This document shows, one piece after another, positions 1-9,871 of a stretch of DNA of 64,000 nt. Location of the stretch: NCBI GenBank assembly GCA_026395685.1, contig JAPLYG010000001.1, forward strand, positions 7,862 through 71,861, written 5' to 3'. Position numbers and translations under genes: made by a program. This DNA is from Candidatus Parcubacteria bacterium (GTDB lineage: Bacteria; Patescibacteriota; Patescibacteriia; CAIXNZ01). A model generated the notes under the pieces. It was given only the letters and a program-made list of their open reading frames with translations. It did no database searches and had not been told where the DNA came from. How positions within the stretch are numbered: the stretch's first letter is position 1; the number at the start of each line of letters is the position of its first letter.

Positions 1-19
1 AATTCTATCCCAAAAAGAG

Positions 20-667
20 TTGGGTTTTATTAATGAGTATTTAAGAAGAGAAAATATTAATAAGATTTTAGATGTCGGTGTCGGCAACGGCAGAATCTTA
101 AAAAATTTAATTGCTCATTCGGATCAGGCTGCTGAAATTTATGGCATTGATATTGCGGAGCAAATGGTTAATATTTGTTTAAATAAATATAAAGACGAAC
201 CAAAAATTAGGGAAATTAAAGTCTGCAATTTATCGAAAGAAAATTTAAATTTTAATAATAAGTTTGATTTTATTACTGCAATTAGGGTGCTTAAGTATAA
301 CCTGAATTGGCCGGAAATAATCAAAAAGATATATTCAGGATTGAATAATGACGGATATTTTATCTTCACTATGCCCAACGAGCTATCTATTACTTTTTTT
401 CACAAAGATAAATTTGCTAATGGTAAATTAATGATTCAATATTCAACTCCCAATAAAATAAAAGAAATTCTCAATGATTGCGGTTTTGAGAATATTAAGA
501 TTAAAAGTTTTAGCAAGCTGCCTGATTTTCTGTATTATCTTAGCAATAATATGTATTACGTTAAATTGCTATTGTTATTGGAAAATATTTTAAGCAAAAC
601 TTTCGGCAATATTTTATTCGGCAGAATTTTATTTATTGCCTGCCAGAAGAATAAAAATGAGGAATAA
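20..667 (+). CDS. Class I SAM-dependent methyltransferase (probably 5'-truncated by the window edge)
   Basis: Motif I ILDVGVGNG, YGIDIA, FDFITA and LNNDGYFIF. The TTG start at 20 is probably not the real start. Confidence 0.8.
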   Translation: MGFINEYLRRENINKILDVGVGNGRILKNLIAHSDQAAEIYGIDIAEQMVNICLNKYKDEPKIREIKVCNLSKENLNFNNKFDFITAIRVLKYNLNWPEIIKKIYSGLNNDGYFIFTMPNELSITFFHKDKFANGKLMIQYSTPNKIKEILNDCGFENIKIKSFSKLPDFLYYLSNNMYYVKLLLLLENILSKTFGNILFGRILFIACQKNKNEE

Positions 668-3600
668 AATAAAAAAATTCAAGAAAAGCAGATTTTTCAA
701 ATTTATCGCGCGCCATAAATACCCGATACTTTTAATTTTGCTCGCTATTATTACCCATTGGCAGTGGTTTGATCCAAACAGTTTGCTTTTTCACGGCGAT
801 TGGCGCAACTGGCCCAATGAAAACATCCAAAGGTTTATTAGCGGCGGCTATGGAGCTTATGTTGATGACCTGAATTTTGGCATCCAAAACATCCAGATTT
901 ATTTTAGTTTTATTTTCTTTCTTTGGGGAATAATTGGATCTTATTTGATGGCCACAAAATTAGTTATGCTTTTGCCCATCGCCCTTCTCTCTCTTTTAGC
1001 CCCTTATTATTTGGTTAAGGAATTGGTTAAAGATGAAAGAATTGCTTTTGTGGCTGCGCTTTTTTATGGCTTTACCACAGTATTACTCAAGCTGGAATTA
1101 GCCCATTTGTTTATCGCTTTTGTCTTTGCCTTAGCACCCTTGATAATTTTATCTTTCATAAAATTATTAAATAACTTCACCTGTAAAAATATCCTTGCCT
1201 TTTCCCTGTTATTTTCCCTGGGATGTTTTTATGAATTAAGAATAATGTACATCATAACTTTTATTATATTTTTCTACCTCCTCATTTATATAACAAAGAA
1301 AAAATTCAAGGTGAATTTTTTCAAATATATCCTTTTAGCCCTTGTAATATTGGCGCTAAATGCCTTCTGGCTACTGCCGACTGTTTTTAGCGACCGTACA
1401 GTATTAAATTCTATTGAAGACCGCGGACTTTTTGGCAATAATTTTTTTAATATTTTTTACGCTTTCAGCGATTTTGACAAATACTGGAACGGCCAGGTAT
1501 TAATTCCCTTTGAAGCCCAGCCTATTCCTTCTTGGACATGGATAATGCCGATCTTTATCTTCTCCTTATTTTTCTTTTTTAATAAAATCTCCAAAACCGA
1601 CAAAAAAATAATTTTATTCTCATTCTTTCTAGCTTTATTGGGCATACTTTTAAGCAAACAATCTTTTGAACCTTGGCCCGATTTGTATGCTTGGCTTTAT
1701 AAAAATTTTCCCGGCTTCAGCCTTTTCAGGGAAGCTTCAAAATTTTTTCTCATTATTACGCTAGGCTATTTGTTGTTATTTGCCTACGCCTTGAAATATA
1801 TAATCATTAAAAATAAAAGATTTAACAAACATTTTAAGTCCGCTATATTTATTCTTTTTAGTATAATCTTTTTATGGCAAGCTAAGCCGCTGATAACAGG
1901 AGAAGTAGGCTGGCTGTTTTCTCCCAAAATAGAGCCAGGGGAATATAAAATTTTAAATCAGATAATAAAATCCGGCAATGATTTTTATCGCACGCTGTGG
2001 ATTCCCCGCGATTCCCAATGGGGCTTTTATAACTGGGACAAGCCCAAAGTCTCCTTGGTATCTGTTAAGGATAGCGAATACAAAACATTTTACTCAGAGC
2101 ATAAAGCGGAAAAAAATTACGCTGATTTTATATTTGAACCCTTAGAAAAAAACTATGGTAATTATTTGGCCGATCTTTCAAATATTAAATATTTCGTTAT
2201 ACCTATGCCTGATTGGCAGAGTGACGTATATGAATATTATGGCAGCGCTTATCAGGATTATATTGATAAAATTAAAAATCTGGATTTTTTAACAGAGTTA
2301 AAAATAGACGGCCTGGATAAAATTAAATTATATGAAAACAAGGGGTACAAACCCTATATTTTTGCTTTTGACAGCCTTTTTGCCGTTAGCGCAAATCAAA
2401 ATTTAGAAAAAAAGTTTAATTTGATTAATAATTATTTAAATAAAGATTTTAATTTTACGCTCCTCAGCAATGGTGATAAAGAAATAGAAAACTTAACTGG
2501 GCTGGAAAATTTATTTGAAAATATTAATTTTGGAAATATCAAGCTGGATGAACTTATATTTACCGCAGATAGCTCAATTAATCAAAAAAACAATTTCCTT
2601 TTGACCAATAAATTTAAAAATAATCTATATGCCAAAAAGGAAAACTCTATTATATTATTTTATACTAAGCCTTCGGGCAGTTTGAATTTTAACGGCCGGC
2701 TAATTAGCCAGGAACAAACAAATATCCTGGAGCAAATTAAAGTTGAAGATGCTATTGAATATTATGTATCTCAAAATAGCAATTTAACTCCTTTAATCCC
2801 AAATGTGGAAATTTCTCTCGGCCAATTTGACAGGACAGCATCTCTAACACTATTTTCAGAAACTAAGCAAAATTTAATAGTCAATCCTTCGTTTGAACAG
2901 GGGCTTTGGCAGGACAAAGCCAAGGATTGCCATAACTATGACAACAACCCCATTTTAAATATTAATCTCAATAACCAAGAAAAAACCCAGGGTAATTATT
3001 CTTTGCAGTTAGAAGCAACCAAGCACACTGCCTGCACTTCAACGCAATTTTCCGTTGAACCAGAAGCGGACTTTATTTTCAGTTTTGATTACAAAAACCT
3101 AAAAGGACAAAAAGTCGGTTATTATCTGGAATTTAACAATCCCCAAAAAACAATAATCAATGAGAGTTTCATTAATAATGAAAACGATTGGCAGGTCTAT
3201 AGAAAATGGATAACCACGCCCCAAAATGCCACTTCAGCTAAACTTTATCTTTATGCTTTTGAAAGCGATGAGATGAACAATAATATAAACCTATATGATA
3301 ATCTGCAATTTTTAAAAATTAATCAGCTTAAATCCTGGGAAATACAAGGCAATAGCAAAGAATATAATCGGGAGAATCTTATTTTAACAGAAGAAAAAAA
3401 TGTTTTTTCTTATTCGTCTAAAAATCTCAATTATCAAAATATTATAAAAAATTCGTCTTTTGAAGATGGTTTGTGGCAGAAAAAGGTCAAAGATTGCCAT
3501 AATTATGATGACAACCCAATTTTGGCTATGAGCCAAAATAATCAAGAAAAAACTGAAGGTGACTATTCTTTGCAATTAGAAGCTACCAGGCATGACGCCT

Positions 3601-4373
3601 GCTCTTCAGTAAACTTTCCGATAAAAGAAAATTCAACTTATTTTTTTAGCTTTGATTATCAAAGTCCCAATGCGGAAAGTGTCGGCTATTATTTAAGCTT
3701 TAACAGTCCGCAAAAAGACTATTTGAGCGATAAAATTAAATTAAATAATCAAGATTGGCAAAATTTTAATAAAATCATCACTACTCCTGAAGGAGCCACT
3801 CAGGCGAATTTGTACATTTATGCTTACGCCACAAATAATGGAAAAAATAATATTACGCGCTATGACCATTTCCAATTCATAGAAATTACTGATTTAACGG
3901 ACAAATACTATTTAATTAGCCTGCCAAAATTTAAGATTCAAGAGCCTAAAAAAATAGAATTTGAAAATATCGGCCCCATAAAAAAAGAAATTAATATAAA
4001 ATCGGCTTCAGCTCCCTTTTTTCTGGCGCTCAATGAAAGCTATAATCCTTATTGGCAACTAGAGTTTAATGGCCAAGAAAACCAAGGAATTTTAAATTCC
4101 TGGTGGCCTTTTGCCAAACCTCAAAAAATCTCTGAAAAAAATCATTACCGATTAGATTCTTTTTTAAATGCCTGGTATGTTGATATTTATAAGTTGTGCC
4201 GAAATAATCAGGCTTGCGCTAAAAATGCTGACGGCAGCTATGATATCAAAATGACAGTTGAATTTTGGCCGCAACGTTGGTTTTATCTGGGCGCTTTAAT
4301 ATCATTTGTCGTTTCTATTTCTATGATTTTGTTTTATATAATTTTCTATAAATTCATATGGCTGAAAAAATAA
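636..4373 (+). CDS. Large multi-pass membrane protein, GT-C/AftD/YfhO-like glycosyltransferase with two tandem carbohydrate-binding-like domains
   Basis: About 12 N-terminal TM segments, PGFSLFREASKF loop, duplicated NPSFEQGLWQ...DCHNYD domain, LNESYNPYW motif and C-terminal TM. Likely start is the ATG at 657. Confidence 0.65.
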   Translation: MPARRIKMRNKIKKFKKSRFFKFIARHKYPILLILLAIITHWQWFDPNSLLFHGDWRNWPNENIQRFISGGYGAYVDDLNFGIQNIQIYFSFIFFLWGIIGSYLMATKLVMLLPIALLSLLAPYYLVKELVKDERIAFVAALFYGFTTVLLKLELAHLFIAFVFALAPLIILSFIKLLNNFTCKNILAFSLLFSLGCFYELRIMYIITFIIFFYLLIYITKKKFKVNFFKYILLALVILALNAFWLLPTVFSDRTVLNSIEDRGLFGNNFFNIFYAFSDFDKYWNGQVLIPFEAQPIPSWTWIMPIFIFSLFFFFNKISKTDKKIILFSFFLALLGILLSKQSFEPWPDLYAWLYKNFPGFSLFREASKFFLIITLGYLLLFAYALKYIIIKNKRFNKHFKSAIFILFSIIFLWQAKPLITGEVGWLFSPKIEPGEYKILNQIIKSGNDFYRTLWIPRDSQWGFYNWDKPKVSLVSVKDSEYKTFYSEHKAEKNYADFIFEPLEKNYGNYLADLSNIKYFVIPMPDWQSDVYEYYGSAYQDYIDKIKNLDFLTELKIDGLDKIKLYENKGYKPYIFAFDSLFAVSANQNLEKKFNLINNYLNKDFNFTLLSNGDKEIENLTGLENLFENINFGNIKLDELIFTADSSINQKNNFLLTNKFKNNLYAKKENSIILFYTKPSGSLNFNGRLISQEQTNILEQIKVEDAIEYYVSQNSNLTPLIPNVEISLGQFDRTASLTLFSETKQNLIVNPSFEQGLWQDKAKDCHNYDNNPILNINLNNQEKTQGNYSLQLEATKHTACTSTQFSVEPEADFIFSFDYKNLKGQKVGYYLEFNNPQKTIINESFINNENDWQVYRKWITTPQNATSAKLYLYAFESDEMNNNINLYDNLQFLKINQLKSWEIQGNSKEYNRENLILTEEKNVFSYSSKNLNYQNIIKNSSFEDGLWQKKVKDCHNYDDNPILAMSQNNQEKTEGDYSLQLEATRHDACSSVNFPIKENSTYFFSFDYQSPNAESVGYYLSFNSPQKDYLSDKIKLNNQDWQNFNKIITTPEGATQANLYIYAYATNNGKNNITRYDHFQFIEITDLTDKYYLISLPKFKIQEPKKIEFENIGPIKKEINIKSASAPFFLALNESYNPYWQLEFNGQENQGILNSWWPFAKPQKISEKNHYRLDSFLNAWYVDIYKLCRNNQACAKNADGSYDIKMTVEFWPQRWFYLGALISFVVSISMILFYIIFYKFIWLKK

Positions 4374-4837
4374 TATACCGCAAGAAAATCAGTAAGATTT
4401 TTAAGCTTTTTAAAAAATTCAAGCCTAGGGTTGAAAAATATTGCCAGCTGGGATTAGATTGTTTGGTGAATACCTCAAGGGTTGTTTATTTGCAAGTAAA
4501 AAAAGAAAAGCTCTATGGATTTTTAATAATCATTGTTTTTATTATTATTTGGCTTCTGATAAACTTTGCGACTGCTTGTTTGGTAACATTATTTTTAGTC
4601 TTTCTTTGTTATAAGTGGGACAGAAGGATACTGTTAGCGCCAGCGCTGATTTTATTGATTAGCTGCCCTATTTTTTTGCATTTAAAACAGGATAATTATG
4701 CGATTCTAGCCGCAGTTTACGCTTATTATTTATTGCTGATGATTTTTACATTATTAGTTTTTGATTTCCGCGGTTATAATCTTTTTAATAAAATAAAAAA
4801 ATGGCTAAAAAAATTAAAAGCATCATTTTTTTCCTAG
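4358..4837 (+). CDS. Hypothetical membrane protein
   Basis: 3-4 hydrophobic helices; overlaps both neighbours in an operon. Confidence 0.6.
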   Translation: MAEKIIYRKKISKIFKLFKKFKPRVEKYCQLGLDCLVNTSRVVYLQVKKEKLYGFLIIIVFIIIWLLINFATACLVTLFLVFLCYKWDRRILLAPALILLISCPIFLHLKQDNYAILAAVYAYYLLLMIFTLLVFDFRGYNLFNKIKKWLKKLKASFFS

Positions 4838-6468
4838 GATTAACCATTATTATTCTTTGGCAAATGCTCAAGCCGGGCTACATCTTAACCTTGGATATGA
4901 TTTTTACGCCTCATTTTAGCAATTTTCTAACTAATAATAATATTTATAATACCTATCCCTTCTATTGTTTTTTGGCGCTGCTGGATTTAATTTTACCCTC
5001 TTGGATTTTACAAAAAATAATTTTATTGCTTTTGTTTTTGTGTATCAGTTATTTAGCTTTTAAATTTCTGCCCGTTCCTCAAAATTATCGCGCTAATTAT
5101 TGGGCGGCTTTGTTTTATACTGTTAATCCTTTTGTATATGAGAGATTTTTGGCCGGGCATTGGCAGCTTTTATTTGCTTATGCTTTTTTGCCGCCGTTAA
5201 TTTTCTATTTGCTGGAATTTGCCAAATTTCAAGATCGGCGACACTTAATCATAATTTTGTTCTGGATTTTTTTAATAGGCATGTTCTCTCTGCATTTTTG
5301 GGTAATTTCAATTCTGCTTATTTTAATTTTCTTAATTTTTCAGATTTTACATAGTTTAATCGCCAATAAAAAAGAGGCGGCTATGAGGTTGCTGCAATAT
5401 TGCTGCGCTTTAGGATTAGGCATTCTAATTTTAAGCAGCTATTGGCTGATTCCCTATTTAGTAAATAATCAAAAATCCATCCTTAACACTTTTACGCCGG
5501 AAAATATCCAATTATTTAAATCATCCGGAGATCCTCGTCTAGGCACAACTTTAAATGTCCTATCGCTTTACGGATTTTGGCAGGAAAATCAGCCCTGGGC
5601 CAATTATTGGCTCTGGCCAAAGGATAATTTTATTTTATGGTCAATCTTTAGCCTAAGTTTAAGTTTCCTAATTTTAACTGGCTTAATTAAAGGATTGCGC
5701 AACAAACGAAAGAGAGGCCTGGCTGTGTTTTTTTTTATTTTCGGCTTGCTGGCTTTTATTTTTTCAACCGGACTGGGCGAAACTATATTTAAGGGTTTAA
5801 ATAAGTGGTTATTCGCAAATATTTATTTTTGGCGGGGTTTTCGCGATACCAATAAATTCAGCGCCTTTTTAGTGATTAGCTATATTTTTTTTATTGGTTT
5901 GGGACTGGAAACAATTATAAAATTTTTAAAAGAAAGAAACTTCAAATTAACTAATTTTGTCTTAGCTCTCATTTTTCTCATCCCCCTTATTTATACATAC
6001 CCGATATTAGGAGGGTTTGCCAGACAATTACAGCCGATTTGGTATCCAAAGTCGTGGCTCCAAATTAATCAAATTTTGAATCAGGATAAAAGTGATTATA
6101 AAGTGCTTTTTTTGCCTTGGCACCAGTATTTTTCCCTTAGATTTAATAACACGTTAATTACTGCCAGCCCAGCTAAACTATATTTTGATAAAAAAGTTAT
6201 TCAGAGCCAAAATATGGAATTGGATTCAATTATTACCCCAATAGGCGCATCAGAATATCAGAAGGTTGAAAATATGATAATTAATGAAAATCAATTTGCT
6301 GAAAATAAAATAATTGAGACTTTACAATTAGAAAATATCAAATATATTATCTGGGCCAGAGATTTAGAAGGCCAGGATATTTTTCAGTATAATTTTTTAC
6401 AATCAAATCATCTGTGGAATACTTTTAATTCACTGGAAATAAATCTTTATCAAATTCAGGGAAATTAA
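4801..6468 (+). CDS. GT-C-fold multi-pass membrane protein (putative glycosyltransferase)
   Basis: Many TM helices, YTVNPFVYERFLAGH, GFRDTNKF and YKVLFLPW. Paralogous to the N-terminal part of 636..4373. Confidence 0.65.
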   Translation: MAKKIKSIIFFLGLTIIILWQMLKPGYILTLDMIFTPHFSNFLTNNNIYNTYPFYCFLALLDLILPSWILQKIILLLLFLCISYLAFKFLPVPQNYRANYWAALFYTVNPFVYERFLAGHWQLLFAYAFLPPLIFYLLEFAKFQDRRHLIIILFWIFLIGMFSLHFWVISILLILIFLIFQILHSLIANKKEAAMRLLQYCCALGLGILILSSYWLIPYLVNNQKSILNTFTPENIQLFKSSGDPRLGTTLNVLSLYGFWQENQPWANYWLWPKDNFILWSIFSLSLSFLILTGLIKGLRNKRKRGLAVFFFIFGLLAFIFSTGLGETIFKGLNKWLFANIYFWRGFRDTNKFSAFLVISYIFFIGLGLETIIKFLKERNFKLTNFVLALIFLIPLIYTYPILGGFARQLQPIWYPKSWLQINQILNQDKSDYKVLFLPWHQYFSLRFNNTLITASPAKLYFDKKVIQSQNMELDSIITPIGASEYQKVENMIINENQFAENKIIETLQLENIKYIIWARDLEGQDIFQYNFLQSNHLWNTFNSLEINLYQIQGN

Positions 6469-6639
6469 TCTTTTTACTCTTATTTTATTAAAAAAAGATT
6501 AAATTAAGATAAATTAAAAATTAAGCAAATATTAGCCAAAATTCATTGATCTTTTGTTTAAAAATTGGTACAATTATACTAATATTAAGGTTTTAAAAAT
6601 AAAACTTAAAATATCTACCTAAAAACTAATTTATCGCTT

Positions 6640-7254
6640 ATGAAACTGAAATTAATACGCAAAATAACACTGCCTATTTTGATTGTCAGCTTAATTATTT
6701 TTTCAACTGGTCTTTTAGGCCATGGCATTTTTTGGGGCATTAAAACCGCCTTTGGCTATGGCGGGGGCGGCGGAGGCTATTACCCGCCTGTTAATACAAA
6801 TACAAACACTAATGTTAATGCCAATACTAACATTAATCAACCAATTCAGGTACTTGCCCCAACTATTGATGCTTTTAGCAGTCCGACCGGCAATTCAATT
6901 TTAGTCTTACATGGAGGACGCGATGCCAATACCATTGTTTTTATTAATAATTCAGACAATTCTGTTTCCTATCCTACGGCCACAACTTGGCAAGCGACTG
7001 TTTCTTTGGAAATAGGCCTGAATTTTTTTACTTTAACTGCCAAGAATTCAATCGGCACGAGCAGCGGAGCGGTGGCGATTTTTGTCACTCGCACTGGCTC
7101 TGCTGATATAACTGGCGATAACATAACTGACGATCTTGATTTGGCGAAATTAGTTTCTAATTGGAACAAAAATTGGTCCGATGGCGATTATAATAAAGAT
7201 GGGATAATCGATGATCTTGATTTGGCCTATCTTGTAAGCCATTGGAGTATTTAA
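6640..7254 (+). CDS. Secreted protein with Gly/Asn-rich linker, Ig-like domain and C-terminal dockerin-like domain
   Basis: Duplicated Ca-binding motifs DITGDNITDDLDLAKLVSNW and DYNKDGIIDDLDLAYLVSHW; N-terminal signal/TM. Confidence 0.75.
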   Translation: MKLKLIRKITLPILIVSLIIFSTGLLGHGIFWGIKTAFGYGGGGGGYYPPVNTNTNTNVNANTNINQPIQVLAPTIDAFSSPTGNSILVLHGGRDANTIVFINNSDNSVSYPTATTWQATVSLEIGLNFFTLTAKNSIGTSSGAVAIFVTRTGSADITGDNITDDLDLAKLVSNWNKNWSDGDYNKDGIIDDLDLAYLVSHWSI

Positions 7255-7291
7255 AAAATTATTATTAATTTTTAAAATAACTGCAAAAATT

Positions 7292-8518
7292 ATGAAAAAA
7301 ATATTCATTGTTTTATTAATATCCTTGGTTCTAACTTTAATTTCCTTGCCTGCCTTAGCTGCCTCAGCCACGCTATCTTTAACGTCAAGTAAAACTACTT
7401 ATAAAGTTGGTGATGTTCTTAAAGTCTCTATTAATATCAATAGCGATGGTAATGCGCTTCAGGTAGTCAGGGCAAAGGTTTCTTACCCGGCTGATTTATT
7501 GCAAGCGCAGGGATTTACTTTGGGTTCGCTTTTTCCCCAAAAAAGTCCCGGTGAAATTATTGGTGGTGGCACCCTTTATGTCGGCGGTTATCGCATAGGC
7601 GAGGGTACAAGTTCAAATGGCGTCTTGGGCACAGCTACCTTTAAGGTCATAAAAGCCGGAAAAGCCGCCTTGTCTTTAGTCGCCGGTTCAAGAATGGTTA
7701 CTGCCGAACCAAAAGATATTTATAGCGGAGGCAATAGTTTGGCTTTCACTTTAAATACAGTTGAAAAGCCAAAAGAAGAAATAAATCCAGCTAAGCCGCA
7801 GGAAAAAATAATTTTAACTGCGCCGGAAATTTCCTCAGCTGCTAATCCTGAAGATGCCTGGTCAAAATCAAATTCAATAACTTTGAACTGGACCAAGCCA
7901 GCTAATGCGCTTGGTTATGTGACAAAATTATCAGCTGATACCTTGGAAGATATTGGTGAAACAATTACAACTAAAGATAATACTGCAACATACAATAATG
8001 TTGGAGACGGGATTTGGATTTTTTATCTGAAGGCTAAATATCAGACAGGCTTTAGCGAATTAGCCAATTATACTTTAAAAATTGACACAATTCCGCCAGT
8101 GGTTCCGCAACCCTCGATTGAAGCCCAGTTAAACCAAAATAATGCCAATACCTATCAAATTTTATTTAATACCACGGATGCTTTAGCAGGCATTGATCAT
8201 TATCAGATAAAATTTGACGATAGTGAGTTTAAAAATGCTAATAGCCCTTATATCTTAAATAGTAACGAAAAAGAAGCAAAGTTTGTCACTGTTAAAGCAG
8301 TTGACAAAGCAGGCAATGAAAGCACTGGCGTGTTAGCAATTAGCGATTATATCGCTAGTCAGGATAAAATAGCATTACAAAAAACAACATTGTTTGATAT
8401 TCAGGCTAATGCAGTTAAACAATCTCAATTAACTTTTTATATTGTTTTGGCTGCAATTATTGCCATTATCACGATTGTAATAATTGCCATTATTGTTAGG
8501 AATCGTAAAAAATCTTAA
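7292..8518 (+). CDS. Cohesin-domain surface protein with Ig-like domains and C-terminal membrane anchor
   Basis: Signal peptide, cohesin-like beta pattern (YKVGDVLKVSININ...VSYPADLL...GVLGTATFKV), VKAVDKAGN Ig motif, C-terminal TM followed by RNRKKS. Confidence 0.75.
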   Translation: MKKIFIVLLISLVLTLISLPALAASATLSLTSSKTTYKVGDVLKVSININSDGNALQVVRAKVSYPADLLQAQGFTLGSLFPQKSPGEIIGGGTLYVGGYRIGEGTSSNGVLGTATFKVIKAGKAALSLVAGSRMVTAEPKDIYSGGNSLAFTLNTVEKPKEEINPAKPQEKIILTAPEISSAANPEDAWSKSNSITLNWTKPANALGYVTKLSADTLEDIGETITTKDNTATYNNVGDGIWIFYLKAKYQTGFSELANYTLKIDTIPPVVPQPSIEAQLNQNNANTYQILFNTTDALAGIDHYQIKFDDSEFKNANSPYILNSNEKEAKFVTVKAVDKAGNESTGVLAISDYIASQDKIALQKTTLFDIQANAVKQSQLTFYIVLAAIIAIITIVIIAIIVRNRKKS

Positions 8519-8544
8519 TAAAATCATTTTTCTTAAGTTATCAT

Positions 8545-9435
8545 ATGACCGCCAAAGACTGGCAGAAAATTTTTTTAGTTATTATATTTATCAATGTATA
8601 TTTATTTTGGCCCAAAAATAATATTCTGGCGCAAAATTTGAATAAGATTGAAATCACAGCGCTGGAGCAATTTCAGACAATCGCGCCAGGCGAAAGCCTA
8701 CCCATAAATATTAAACTGCTAAATATGGGCGGCAGCGGACGCGTTGATGTGCAATTGGCTTACAGAGTTTTGGATGTAGCTAATAATCTAATCTCTGAAG
8801 AATCAGAAACAGTTGCCGTTGAAACTACTGCCAGTTTTATCAAGCAGGTAAAAATACCTTCAAATATAAAGCCGGGGCGCTATTTTCTCTTGGCTGATTT
8901 AAAATATGCGGATCAGGAAGTACCCGCTATTGCCAAAATCCCTTTTCAGGTAGAGTTTAAATTCTTGGGCTTATTTCTGAATCAATTGGCAATTTTAGGC
9001 GCTATAATATCAGTGGGAATAATTTTAGTATGGCTGCTTATTTATTTTATTAACAGGCCACGTAAAATTATAATCTCCAGATTTGATTATAAAAAAGTTC
9101 CCGTAAATTTAAAACCCTATTATGAATTAATCAGCGACATTATCCTGACTATGCAGCTGCATCTGGGCGATAAGGCTGTTAAGATAGCCAATAAAATTAT
9201 GGGGTTAAGAATCTCTGATCAGGGCGAAGTTTTGGAAATCAAAAAAGAGCCGGCGGAAATCGTCACTTTGCTGACTGTCGCCTTTCAAAAAAATCTTAAT
9301 TACCAAAGCCTGTATATTTCCCAAAAAGCCATTAGCCAAAGGTTGAAAATCAGCCCTTCGGCGCAAGACAAGGCTGAATACAAAAAAACAGCTGATTTGG
9401 TAAGCAATGTGGCTAAATTTTTTATAAAAAAATAA
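8545..9435 (+). CDS. Bitopic membrane protein: extracellular Ig/CARDB-like domain, TM, small cytoplasmic domain
   Basis: IAPGESLPINIKLLNMG...IPSNIKPGRYFL beta-sandwich pattern; TM at about aa 140-170. Confidence 0.55.
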   Translation: MTAKDWQKIFLVIIFINVYLFWPKNNILAQNLNKIEITALEQFQTIAPGESLPINIKLLNMGGSGRVDVQLAYRVLDVANNLISEESETVAVETTASFIKQVKIPSNIKPGRYFLLADLKYADQEVPAIAKIPFQVEFKFLGLFLNQLAILGAIISVGIILVWLLIYFINRPRKIIISRFDYKKVPVNLKPYYELISDIILTMQLHLGDKAVKIANKIMGLRISDQGEVLEIKKEPAEIVTLLTVAFQKNLNYQSLYISQKAISQRLKISPSAQDKAEYKKTADLVSNVAKFFIKK

Positions 9436-9459
9436 TTTAATGATTTTAAATATAAACTT

Positions 9460-9846
9460 ATGTCTAAAATTTTAGCAGTTGACAATGACTTAAACACTTT
9501 GGAGACGATTTGTTTAAGCCTGGAAGCAGGGGGACATAAAGCAAGCAAAGCTGAAAGCGGCGAACAAGCCTTGAAAGTTTTGAAGCAAAATAAAATCGAT
9601 TTAATTTTGCTTGATATTATGATGCCGAAAGTTGACGGCATCCAGGTCGCCAAAAATTTAGCGGCTGATTCTGCATTTAAAAAAATACCCATCATTTTAA
9701 TTTCCGCTCTGCCGATTGAATCAAACAGTTTTAAAAAAGCCCTGAAAGAAACTGAAAAGCTTGACAATGTCAAAGGCTCGATTGAAAAACCGTTCAAGCT
9801 GGAAGATTTGCTGGCGAAAATAGATGTAGTTTTAAAAGGCGTTTAA
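9460..9846 (+). CDS. Single-domain response regulator (CheY-like)
   Basis: ILAVDND, DLILLDIMMP and KPF motifs. Confidence 0.9.
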   Translation: MSKILAVDNDLNTLETICLSLEAGGHKASKAESGEQALKVLKQNKIDLILLDIMMPKVDGIQVAKNLAADSAFKKIPIILISALPIESNSFKKALKETEKLDNVKGSIEKPFKLEDLLAKIDVVLKGV

Positions 9847-9871
9847 ATACGTTGGAATTTTTTAAAAAAAT

